A program made the translations under genes and the position numbers. Below, piece by piece: positions 1 through 12,154 of a stretch of 64,000 bases of DNA. Below the pieces are notes generated by a model, which saw nothing but the letters and a program-made list of their open reading frames with translations, was not told the origin of the DNA and searched no databases. The DNA comes from Trichinella spiralis (lineage: Eukaryota): positions 9,904,849 to 9,968,848 of the forward strand of contig NW_003526943.1 in the NCBI RefSeq assembly GCF_000181795.1. Direction: 5' to 3'. Within the stretch, counting starts at the first letter, position 1. Every line of letters starts with the position of its first letter.

Positions 1-1433
1 AACTCGCATACAATGCAACGAATAAATATATTTTACAATACTCAAACTCATCATACGGACAGTATGCACGAAAAATATAAAATCATTTGAAAATTTGAAA
101 TTTCAACAAGGTTAAAAAAGAAACAAGCTCACAACCGTTTTTTAAATCATTCGAGTCATTTGCTGTATGAAAATCAGTTTTTGTTTCACAGAAAATTTAT
201 AACTTATAGTGTTGAGAAATCTTTTCTCTATACCTGCTCATCACTACACAAAACTCCCCACGGTCAAAAGGTGAGCGTCATGCTGTATGCTTGCCACAAC
301 TGAGGTGGTCGGATGTTGAAAAGGCGTCAAAGTGAAATAGTTCTGATAGTGCGGCTGTTCAGACCCAGCGAAGTCGCACAGTCTAATCGATTGCGCAACC
401 AAGCCGATTTCCTAATTGTTTTTCGAGATTCAGACGCGGAGTCAGGTCAAGAAAAAAGTATAAATACGAGTCAGGAAGGAGGAGGGAAAAATACTACGGA
501 TCACGCCATCTGTAAGATCGCTTGAACCGTCTTTTGCTTGCTATCCCACTGTTCCATTCCTTGTTTGAACTTAATAAATCGAATTTCATCACACACCTCA
601 TTATTGATTATCTATGAATAACATATACAGTCCACTACAAAAAAGATCTTTAAGTTCGAACCAGAAAAATTTCCCAACATAGAATTAAACAAACTCAAAA
701 CATCAAAAAATTAATAGCATGAAAAAACAGGAAACTTCATTAAAATAATATCTCGTTTTTATAATCACAAATGTTTATAGATTATAAAACCTTAAAATCA
801 AGGATGAAACTTTTTCTGGAATATTTCCCTAAAATACTTGAAATTTTTTAATACTGTAACGAAATTTCAATGAAGACAAGTAATGCATTTTGAAATATGT
901 TACACTTCTGGATTTACTTTACATTTTTTTATAACTTACCATACCATAATAAAAATTCGATCAGTACATATTTTAAAATGCAGATAAAGTTAAATTCACT
1001 CCGGTTTACATAGTAAAGTTTATTATTATTATTTTCAAATCTCTTTGAAGTTAGTGTTGTACATACACAATTTTGTATAACTGAACTTCACGCTTTCTTA
1101 ATAACAATGCACATTTGCTTAAATTTCATGTGAAAACCTTGTGCTTGAATGTGCTCTTGCAAAGTAATCGGCATTTCACAAATTAAGTTTATTTTCCTTC
1201 TAAATTATTAATATTCATTATGTTCATCACTGATTAATCATGTTCTTCGCAAACGCTCGCCTGTCGAACCACGTTTTCAGGTATCGCTTCAGTCAGCATT
1301 TTGGTTTTCAACAATAAAATCAACTCAATTTTAATTTCATCACCGGCACCCATCCCATACCAAACTGTAATAAACATTTACATAATCTAGTGCAAAAACC
1401 AGAAAAAAGAAATCAAAGAAGGAACTTCGGTTT

Positions 1434-2290
1434 TCATGACAAAATAAAACCAGATATATAACTAATACGTGAGTTCAATTCTTTAATTGAAGCTTTCAAA
1501 TCGACGTTGCGCTTTTCCAAACTTTCCAGTTCTGCATCCAGAGCTAACTTCTCCATCTTCTTCCGCTGCCTGTACCTCTGTGCAGCTTCTTTATTCATGC
1601 GACGCTTCCGTTTGACATCACCCACATCACAACTTTTCTTTTCACTCCGGTTTCTTCTGTAGTTATGATCAGAAACTGACTTCACGTTATTTTCATCAAT
1701 TTTACTTAATGCTGCAATAGATTAAAAAAAATAATGCATAAATAATACGCTACTTCTAAACAAAATCAAACTTACTTTCACATTCAGATGGAGAAGGCTG
1801 ATGGTTGTTAATCGAGGACAGATTATTATCTGCAGAACAAGATTCGGCCACTACTGATTCATTCAGCCTCTTTTCTTCATTCAACGCCGACATATTCCAA
1901 TCACACTTATATTCGTCATCAAAAAAGTCCCCTGTCTTTGTTTCATTTCCGGCATAAACAGAACCTTCCAACAGCTCATCAACTTTATTACTAAATTCCC
2001 AGTCTGACAATGATAAAAAGTTGTCAAAGCTCTGAATATCTAAAAGTTTCACATTGAAAAATGGTAACCCACTGAATTACAAAAAAAAGTTCAAAAAACC
2101 ATACCGCTTTCACACCAAAGTTGCTTTAAATCATTTTCAGAGCACAAATCAAATGCGTCCAAGGATGACAAACCGTCCGTTTCCAAGTCACAGAAATCAT
2201 CCAACCCCCTATAAAAAGTTGAAATTAAAAGGAAAACAATAATAATCAATAAAAAAATTCTTACCCAGAAAGTAAGTTAAAATCCTGCAT
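1434..2290 (-). CDS. ATF4/ATF5-like bZIP transcription factor; 4 exons approx. 2290-2265, 2208-2105, 2039-1776, 1711-1434
   Basis: The C-terminal KRRMNKEAAQRYRQRKKMEKLALDAELESLEKRNVDLKASIKELNSRISYI matches the ATF4 basic region (NKxAAxRYRQxK) and leucine zipper. The N-terminus is acidic. Phase-compatible GT-AG introns join the ORF pieces from the ATG at 2290 (MQDFNLLSGGLDDFCDLETD...). Confidence 0.75.
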
Positions 2291-3638
2291 ATTAATTCGA
2301 TCAAATGCTGTGATCTGCTTTTGAAATGTAAAAACAGTTGAAAAATTATATAAAAAATCACCGTCAAATAGTGAGACAAAATGCCCAAATGGAAAATTGG
2401 TTGTCCTCTAAAATATGCACATATTAGAAAATGGACAATTCAAACGAAAATTTATCTTTTAATTTAAAATGTTTTCAACTCTGTCATCCAAATAAAAATG
2501 ATGCGAAAATAAAAGCAAAAATTAAAACTTAACATTAAATTAAGGAAGAAAACGTATTTTTGAAATCAACAATAAATAATGATTAGAACATCAATTAACA
2601 TTTTTCAAAGCTTAGAAATACAATAAAAAGTGACTGAATTTAAAATTCAATAATTACAACACATTTAACAGTTAACTGAACTAAAGCTTTAAAATTAAAG
2701 CGGCTTTAAAATTTTAAACTATAAGCATAAACTGGAAACTGATAACAATCGATAATAACAGTTTTTTCAGTTTAAAAAATGAAAAATTAAATTGAAATGA
2801 GATAATTTTTCTTAAGAATTAACCATTTTAATTTAAAATTTTATATTCTGACAGATAGCTTTCAGAATTTGACCCGTAAAAAATAATGCATAAAACTCAG
2901 AAGGTAATATAGATAAACACATTTAATTACTTCTTTATCTATATTTACAAACTGTAGATAAATATGTGAAGTTTTAAAATGTACCTCATGATTGAATTTT
3001 TAAAGACCTTTCTCAGGTCAACGGAATAATGGAACTCTTAATTACGACATCTTCAACGGAACAGGCATACGACAATGAGAATATAATGAAAGAAGCGATG
3101 TAAAGAGCCTATTGCATCATCATCGTCATTATTTGATTTTCAAGTATAATGTTACAATAAGTTATCGATAATTCAAAGAAAATATTGGTTTCTTTTTAAT
3201 ATGATATATAATATTGTTTTGTAGAATGAAAATTTTTAATATATTAAAATGTTTTATAAATTTCAATTTTATGAAATATTTTCAGCTTACAATAATTTTT
3301 GAGACTATTTTGACAAAAAACAATAATAATTAACAATCTTTTTACACACATAAATCTTAAAATTAAATATCTCTTAATATCAGCACATAAAAATGAATAT
3401 TAAAGCAAGAGAGAGATAACTTTTTGTTTTTATTTTAAGATTAAATGTGTAATTCCTTTTTTAAATAAAAAGTTGTCAAACGAGAATTTATAAAATTAAG
3501 TTTTACTTATATAATAAATTATTATTTATTTTTAGTTACGCAACATCTGCATGTTTAATTTATAAGTTTTATAAACGCGCTATTGAAACGTATATTCTTC
3601 ACAGTTTTGTAGTTGTCAAAAGAAAAAACATTGTCTTC

Positions 3639-3648
3639 ATGACGTCAT
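3639..3648. promoter_or_regulatory. Perfect CRE palindrome ATGACGTCAT in the divergent ATF4-like/SLC16 intergenic region
   Basis: Exact palindrome seen in the sequence; function inferred only. Confidence 0.35.
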
Positions 3649-5989
3649 AAAAAGGAAGGGGCTGATAAATGTAATTTAAACAACATCAATCTCTTTTAGC
3701 AAAAATATGCAGATTCCGCTTTTTCAATTTCTTGCGTTTCAGCTTCTAATTTTTTCTTATCTGTACTGTACATTCATCAGAAGATTGATTTGCATACATG
3801 ATTTATCAGGAGAACATTTACTTGCGTTATTTTACTGCATTTTCATTTTCGAAAGCACGAGGAAAATGGGTAAACGCAAATGCAACATATTGACATAAAA
3901 GACATCCCTGTTTAAAGTTTTGCTTTATCAAATTTTGCGTAACCATGTCAAGAGGCCAAAATCCATTTATATAAACGGTATAGCTTTGCATGCTCATTTT
4001 CTTCTTTCCTGTTTGTTCCTTTAACTTCCCATCACTGCATGCCAGTTTTCACTAATGGTTGTTATAGGTATGGCTGATTTTACTAAGCATACGTTAAGAA
4101 TTGTACATATTTTTAGTAACCTGTAGTGCACGCTTTTCTGTTCACAAAATAGAATATTAGAATAGAGAATTATAAAATCTGAAATAAAACATAATCTATA
4201 ATGAACTTACGACGTGGCTAGTTCTGAATTTAGTAACTTGTAATTCGAAATTTAATAACTTTACACATGCAAGGTGTTCAAAGAAATTAAAATTTGTTTA
4301 ATAATTTATATACAAGATAAAGTTTCACAAGAAAGGCTCTCCACAAATGAATAGAATTTAATGTGATGCAAAAAGTGTATAGTCAACCCTTGCTGAAATG
4401 TGCAGCTACACATGCATAACTTTTTGTTATTAATCAAACAACAAACACCCAAAAACGTAGGGCGGAAGCGCTACTGTTGAAGATTATTTTAATAATTACT
4501 TGAAGTTTTTTTATTTTTCCACACTATCCCACTGATATTTAGAATTAAAATTGATAACACTATTTATAAATATTAATTAAGTTCTTGCAGTGAACTTTGC
4601 ATTACATATGTAGAATAATTTACGACTTTAGGCAAGTTCAAGATGATTTAAGAAATTTTCAGTCATTTTAAAAAATTCACTATCATACATATACAGAAAT
4701 TTATTTGTGAAATGCAGTTTACTTTGAATTTGTTCACTTTACATATTGTGATTTTATTTCATAATTCATGAGCGAAATTTAATATCTGCTCGTTGTTGCG
4801 TAAACTTATGAGCATTGCGCATTGAAAGAGGCTTTGTGTGGTTTGTCAGTGTGTCTTTAGCGTAAGTTTAACGCGAGCAATTTATTTCAGAAATAAGTCT
4901 TTATTTAAATGTTCAATAGTTCATTCATCATTGCCATATCATAACGCATTTTTCATAAACTTTATTTTTGATTACAGTAGTAATTTCTCAACTTGAAAAT
5001 CAAGCACAATAGATAAATTTCTTTTATTGAAATTTGCTTTTTTAATTTTCTATAAATTATTTTCAAAATTAAATTTAATTATGATTTTAACTTTATAAGA
5101 TCTTCAGTTTTTAATTAATTAGCAATTAGATGTTATTTATAAATGTAGTGTATTATGTGGAAGCACGTGAAAAAAGTCAAAAAGCTTCACTTTAATTATG
5201 CGCAATTTTTCATTTCCTTCTTTTTTATTTTAAAAGTATTTTTTGAAGTATGATAAAAAAATCCGATGCAAATTTTTAGGTGAAAAAAGTTTCAATAAAT
5301 TTGCCATTTTTAGTTCATCTACTGAATTACCAGTTTGATAGCTGATTTCCGTTACAGAAAAATTCCGCTCAGAACAGCAGAATTTCCGCCTGAGTATGAA
5401 CATTTTTTAAAGTGGAAACTTTTGCATAAATAAATACTGATCGAATATTTGAAGTAAAGTGTTTGATTTGATTTTTTTTCTTTTTGATGAATGATTGTTG
5501 TGGTCGAGAATTCAGAAAATGTTGCTTCAGATGCAAGTTGCACTTTATATATTTACGGCAAGGAAATTACAATTAAAATTTTGTCCCGCGTCATCAAGAG
5601 CATAATTTGTAAATCTGTTTTAAAAAAAGTATGCGGATTGATTGAATTTGTTATGCTGATATTGATTTGAGTAATTTGTTGGAAATGGCTAATTTCATAT
5701 TTGTTTGTGTGCACAAAGAATTTTTGATTGTAATTGTGCATCAAGTTGACACTTTAGCTTGAGTTTTTCAGCTTGACGAAAAACAATAACGCTGAACAAT
5801 TTCAGCAGTTGACGCCGGCTAATTTTGATTAATTTCTCTGATTCTGGGCCATAAAAATCTGTTACAACTGTTACACACGTCTTTTGCTTCAAAACGACTC
5901 GTTTTTCTTGTTATCATTTTGTTTATCTCATAGGATAGGCGTCCAATACTTTGTGCACCTTTGAAAGTCATTGCTGTAAAAGCGTGAGC

Positions 5990-8889
5990 ATGATGGAGGA
6001 GAATTTAGCGTTTCGCCAAAAATATGCTGGCAGTGGTGCAAATTCACCGGCCAAACTTTGCTTCAAATTGCGTCATATATCTTCGATGGCTAACTACCAC
6101 GACAGTATGCATCTTATATCATGCGCAGAATTGTCATCAACGTAAGCAACAACTTGTTTTTTGTGCTTTACGCCATTTCTGCTTCTTGTTTTGCAAATGA
6201 ATTTGTTTTTTTAAATATATTTTTGATTTTTTAGGTCAGAAGATTCAGAAGAGACAGAATTCCCGGAACCGATGGACGGTGGGTATGGCTGGGTGGTGGT
6301 GTTTGCCGCATTTGCGGTGCATCTGCTTGCTGACGGAATTTCGTTCAGCTTCGGTGTGCTTTATCCGAGAATACAGAGTCATTTTAAAACGAACAAATCT
6401 GAAAGTGCTATTGTTGGAAGCGTTTTCATGGCGTTACCACTGCTTGCAGGTCCTTTGTCAAGCGCACTGATTGATCGATACGAATGTCGACGAGTTGCTA
6501 TGTGTGGTGGTATTATCAGCTTTATTGGATTCTTTCTAAGGTTGGGAACATTTTGACCAAAATTATACCTGATAAATTTAAAATTAATTTTATTCTTCAC
6601 TCTTATTAACAGTTGATTGGGCAGGCTTTGGCGAATTGCACTATGGCTATTTGCTTTTAAATATACAATTTAGAAAGTAATATTATTTTTAATAAAAGAA
6701 ACAGTTTTTAAATTATTTAAATTATGAGAATTTTTGTAAACAGCTTTGCTTAGTTGTAATCAATTATAACACCAAAGTGAAATGTTTCTAAAAGACCAAT
6801 GATGACGTCAGTTATTGTACGTTGCTGTAATTGAGCGCCAAGTAATTTTCAATGGCATCTGTTACAATAGGATGGGAAATATCAAATAATATATATGTAT
6901 ATAGCATATATAAAAATGTTTAATGAAAAAATGTATAAATTTGTTTTTTTATTTGTTATATAGTCAATTTGCCTGTAATGTAGCAATGATGACGTTGACG
7001 TTTGGTGTTATGGCAGGACTTGGATTCAGTTTTTGTTTTACAGCCGCGATTGTTTCTGTGACTTATTATTTCGAAAAAAAGCGTGCTTTGGCTACTGGAC
7101 TGGCCGTATCGGGTAGTGGTGTAGGCACGTTTATTTTCGCCCCAATCCTGGACCTCATCTTGAACCACTACAACTGGCAGGGTTCCTTGCTGATCCTGTC
7201 GGCAGTGAGCTTGAATCTTCTGGTCGCCGGTGGTTTGATACGCGATCTCCAATGGCCCGAAGACACGCTTGAATACAAGCAGAGAAAATTTTTGCGCAGC
7301 TTGCACAACACCAGTCGAATGCACAGTCCAAGTGTGGGGTCGTTGAATATCACCAATGACCGTTGCAAGTCGACCCTACTCTTGCGTTCTTTGGTCGGTG
7401 ACTTCGATGCCCAACGCAAGACCGTCTCTTTGCCGGATGTTCTCCTCTTTTCTGAACGTGACCAACAATCCAACTGCGATTTGCACGATATATTACCACC
7501 AGCTGCTGCTGGTCAACAGCCATCATTTTGTTCTAAAGGTAAAGCACATCTTACTAGTACATCATTATCTGCATTTGTATGTGAACGTGTGTGTGAATTT
7601 TTGCTCGTCCTTCAATACAGGATACGCGGCGAGTCATAATCCATTATCCAGTCTGAAGGCACATAATTCCCCTTATCCTCAATACGATAGACAGTTGAAC
7701 AAATCAGTTTCTGACAGTAGACTTCAACTCCATGTTGTCGACAAAAGGGACAAACAACGTTGCAGTAGCTCTGTTTCTGATCAAGTGTTGAATCACATCG
7801 CCGATATCAGCGGAAGTTCAGAGTCTGAACGATCGAAAATTGTATTCGACGTTGTCAATATCTCGCCAAATCAGATGGCCAAAACATCCACTTGTCCTCA
7901 ATCCAATGATGAAGCGATCGGAATTGATATGCAAAATTCCACAGCCATTGCAATGAATGATTGTCGACGTGAGAAAGAAATTTTTGTTGTTGAGTATTTC
8001 ATACATATGTACGTTCTTTTTTTGCTTTTATTTTTGTAGATTACAAACCTGCTTATTTGAAACAGCGTAATCCTTTTGTTGGAAATCAGCATTGTCGTTT
8101 AGCTTATTACAGAGGTTACATAACATATTTTCCAAGATACAGCGCCAGGGTGTTGAGCACACCTGCATTGGCGCACAGACCGAAATCCACGAAGAAGAGA
8201 AATCTACAATTTCGTCGCATGTTGCGCATGATTAAGCAGTCCATTATGAGCATGATGAAGTTGTTCAGAAATTGGCTTTTTGTTTTATTTTTGATTAGCA
8301 ATTTATTATTGTACGCATTTTACGATATTCCTTATATAAATTTACCCGAATTTACCCAAGAACATCTCGGCATACCTGAGGAGCAGGCTTCGTTGCTTGT
8401 TTCAATTACTGGCATTGTGAACATGTTTGCGATGCTAATATTTGGCGCTTTGGCCGATCGTGAAGCGATCAATAACATATGTTTTTATGGTATTAGTACC
8501 TGTGTTTGCGGATGCGTTGTGCTCTCCATGCCTTGGCTGAATTGCTATTGGCAATATTGTATTGCTTGTGGCACTTTTGGCTTCTTCATCAGTGCAAATT
8601 ATACTCTGACGTCGATTATATTAGTCGATTTGCTGACATTGTCTGATTTTGTCTACTCCTACGGAATTATGACCATGATTCAAGGTATTGGCACTTTAAT
8701 TGGTCCTCCTTTAGCTGGTAAGAATTGAATCCGTTGCTTTCATCTAGTTTCTGCTGTGACTTTATTTATTTAGGATTTCTATACGATCTCACTTCTAACT
8801 ATTATGTGACGTTTCATGTTGGTGGAAGTGGAATTCTTTTATCCGGTGTGCTTGTGTTGATGATTTTTTGTCTAGACAATGATGATTGA
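5990..8889 (+). CDS. Monocarboxylate transporter (SLC16/MCT, MFS family), about 6 exons
   Basis: MCT signatures [13 protein letters not shown] (TM1), [20 protein letters not shown] and [10 protein letters not shown], plus a long central loop. Exons approx. 5990-6141, 6235-6540, 6964-7538, 7621-~8007, ~8040-8717 and 8773-8889; the central-loop boundaries are less certain. Confidence 0.9.
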
Positions 8890-10457
8890 TTGTTAAACAA
8901 TTTACCGATTTTTTTTATTTTGCAAAAATTGGTTTGAAATAATTAAGGACCTTATCTGGCCTGCCTGAAAAGTGCTGCACAAAGTTGCTTTGTTAACGAA
9001 TTCGACCATCAGTAGTTATCTGGTATTTTTTTGCTTATAGAAAATTACAATTTCTGTTATTTTGCAAATCCATTGGAGTGTTATTTGTCACTTTGTTTGT
9101 TTATTTGTTTATTTTGATCTCTGCATTCTGAAATTCATGTATTTTGTATTTCAAATTGGCGCGTCGATTGAAACCTGCCTGATTCTTCAGCTATTATCAT
9201 TGCTACTATTATTACTAGTTATAATTATCAAGGCGAGGCTCTTAGTCCATCAGTTGGCTATGATCTTATATAGTTGTTAAGTACTTTTTCCATCCTTAGT
9301 CATTCTCAGCAAATTTTATAATGTGTGTTGCTTTTTATGCCATAATTGTTGCATTGTTGTTAATCATTGTATTTTTTCATAATTTATTCAGTACATTGCC
9401 CACCTACCCCTTTGTTCAACACCTCCCGTTTAACCTGATTATTTGCATGCTTGATTTTGGAATTACAAAAAGTATTTTTCCCAAATTGCTTATTTTATAT
9501 AGACGTGTAATATTTCATATAACACAAGCTTTATTATATGATTTTTGTATAATAAATAATTAAATATATATCAATCGAATGAAATAAAAATTTTGAACTC
9601 ATCCTCACTATTTATATTATACAAAAGCAAGAAAATTAATTATCAGAAAATAAATACAAAAATACTTGTTTCAAAGTTGCACAACTCTTCTAATGATTAA
9701 ATATCAATAATTCTAATAATATTAAATAATGAATTATATTCTTTATAGAAAATAATAATGCGTGTTTTTATGCTAAACTGTTATTTTAAATACGCTTTGC
9801 AAAAAAAATGAAATTAATAGAGATTTGCGAAATGTCTGTTGCTTTCCATTAGCGTTTTCAGTTTTGCAATAAGGATGTAGCGACAAAGTTTGTAGCTAAG
9901 GACAAGTGGCAAAGGGTTACTGCAAAGAGTATTCGAATTACAAGCTTTTTGTTTTTTCCCTTTCTGAATTACTCCTTAATTCAAAGGTTGGGAGTTTTCT
10001 TACGAGATCATCTCCATTCGGCAATAAGCATTGTATATTTCACAGGGCACACTGTTGCTCAAGGATGACAGTCAACAATGCTTATTTCTGAGCTGAGAGC
10101 AAATGTTTAACACCTGCTTTTTTTTCTGATATAATTTACGATTCAAATGATGACCATTAAAAAATCATGATAAATATTCATTAGCGAGAAGACTACTGCT
10201 GGCGTGAAGTTGCATCCTCCGTTTGCATCGCGTCTGCAGACAGTGTTGCTGAAGTCATCAGAAAAACAAGTGGATAGTAAACAGTGCATCCACTTTAAAA
10301 ATATTCCTCTAATATACTACGGCTGAAGTTAAACAACGGAGATTCTGAACTAGTCCCGTTCGTGATAGTATTGAAGAACGACGAAATGATTCTTGCCAAA
10401 GGACTCTGAAAGATGTCAGAATCACCTCTGCACCTGAATTATGACTTCCCTGTCCAG

Positions 10458-10467
<10 letters not shown>

Positions 10468-10518
<51 letters not shown>
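10468..10518. repeat. (CA)n microsatellite, about 25 units
   Basis: Directly visible. Confidence 0.98.
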
Positions 10519-10519
<1 letters not shown>

Positions 10520-11216
10520 CCTTGAATGAAGTCTTAATAAACAAAATTTATCTGAAAAATTTCATTATGGTATTTTCAAATAATATTTTTACAGTATTCA
10601 TAAAAATTTTACTGAATAACCATGGTTATAGTACGGTATGCGTAATATATGCCCTATAATTGCGAAGTTCAGAAATTGAGAAAATATTAAAATAATATAT
10701 ACCATTAACGAAGTATTTGAATTTCAATTGGCACTGACAATGCCTCTGTTGAAGACAGAAGAAATTCCACTTTATTGTCTTTAATCTTACTGTAGTACGC
10801 TACTCATTTGAAGTATTTTTAGAATGTATATTGATTTCGTCAGCAATATCGTACTTTTCCTCGCATAAGTTGATTTGTGTCGTATGATTTGTATTATTTA
10901 CAGACAACTGCTTTCTGTTGTTTGTTGAAATACTGGCATGTATTTTACTGGCGTTGACGATAATAAAGAAGTTCCACCGGTAGAGTCGTACTTTTGCTAT
11001 TGTTATAGCAAAATCGAACTTCGCGCTGAGAATTCCACACAGACAACTTGCTCGATTATCAGTAATAGAGTTTTTTGTATAGCTTCTTTTTGAGTAACAA
11101 TGAAAAGTGATTGCTTTCCCCATCTGACGAATAAATTTAATCACTTTAAGCAGGCACATTAACAATATAATGGGTAATTTCTATTTACAAGAAAAATGCC
11201 AAATAAAAAGATTAGT

Positions 11217-11776
11217 TTAAGCTTCAGATTTTGACCTTTTAAACTCATCCATTAGATGTAGAAACGACCGCTCCATTTGATCCGGTTCGTCAGTTTCTTT
11301 TGTCGATTCCATAAATTTTTTCACAAATCTAAAAATAACGACTAACATTTTACAATGAAAAAGACGAATGGTCCGAAAGAGTGGTTAGTAGTTTTCACCT
11401 TTCTGAAGCGGGCATTCCACGGCTTGAAAGTAAATTGAATACTCCTGGATTTTTGAACTCTTTGAAAAATCGACTGAAACAACAAAACAATTAAAACAGT
11501 AAATAGTTTGTGCATTTGTGGTCATCTCATACAACTTATTAAACGAATATCCCAACAACATTCAACTTACGCCCGAATGAAATCTTCAGCATAAACAATT
11601 TCTCGCTGTACAGCATCTACAGGAGGACGATCGAAATGTGGATCAAATTTGGGTGGAAACGCAGCGTATACGTCGTACCATAATGGACGATCGATCGGTT
11701 TCATTGACCCAGACTTTAATAATCCTCTGATTCGTGAAAATATGCTTCCTACTTTTTCTACCCGGCTTTCTGCCAT
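11217..11776 (-). CDS. MRPS23: Mitochondrial ribosomal protein S23; exons 11776-11571, 11473-~11399, 11328-11217
   Basis: MAESRVEKVGSIFSRIRGLLKSGSMKPIDRPLWYDVYAAFPP matches the mS23 N-terminus (SRLExxGSIFSR...PLWxDVYxAFPP). Spliced continuation RARFFKEFKNPGVFNL...SERFVKKF with phase-compatible introns. Confidence 0.9.
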
Positions 11777-12154
11777 TCTAAACGATCCTACGCAACAACA
11801 ATTGCAAAGGAGAAATATTCAGTATCAAGAGGTTGAATGATTTTATGCATGATTCGGTGTTATAATCAAATTTATTATAAATAATAAGAATTCAAAATTG
11901 ACAGAAAAAAATTTTTTAATACAAAAGGTGCGTAGATTTAGCAGAAAGAGGAACATGATTTTCAAGTGTAGAAAGTACAGTATGCAAAGTACTTACTTTT
12001 CAAAATGAATTGCTTTTTATAAAAAAAGAATTTTGAGCGTTACCATTTAACTGATACATTATTATAAAATAACATCGTATTTAAACGTGGGGCAAATTAT
12101 AAACTGAGGTATTTATGAGAGTAAAAATCAACAAGAATTGTCTTGCGATAATTA

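Noticed and set aside
2072..2104. Alternative TTCAG acceptor in ATF4-like intron 2 creating a premature stop
   Set aside because: It would need an intron of about 33 nt, probably too short.
9900..11165. Possible gene downstream of MRPS23 (121-aa ORF and fragments)
   Set aside because: No consistent exon chain or recognisable motif; not excluded.
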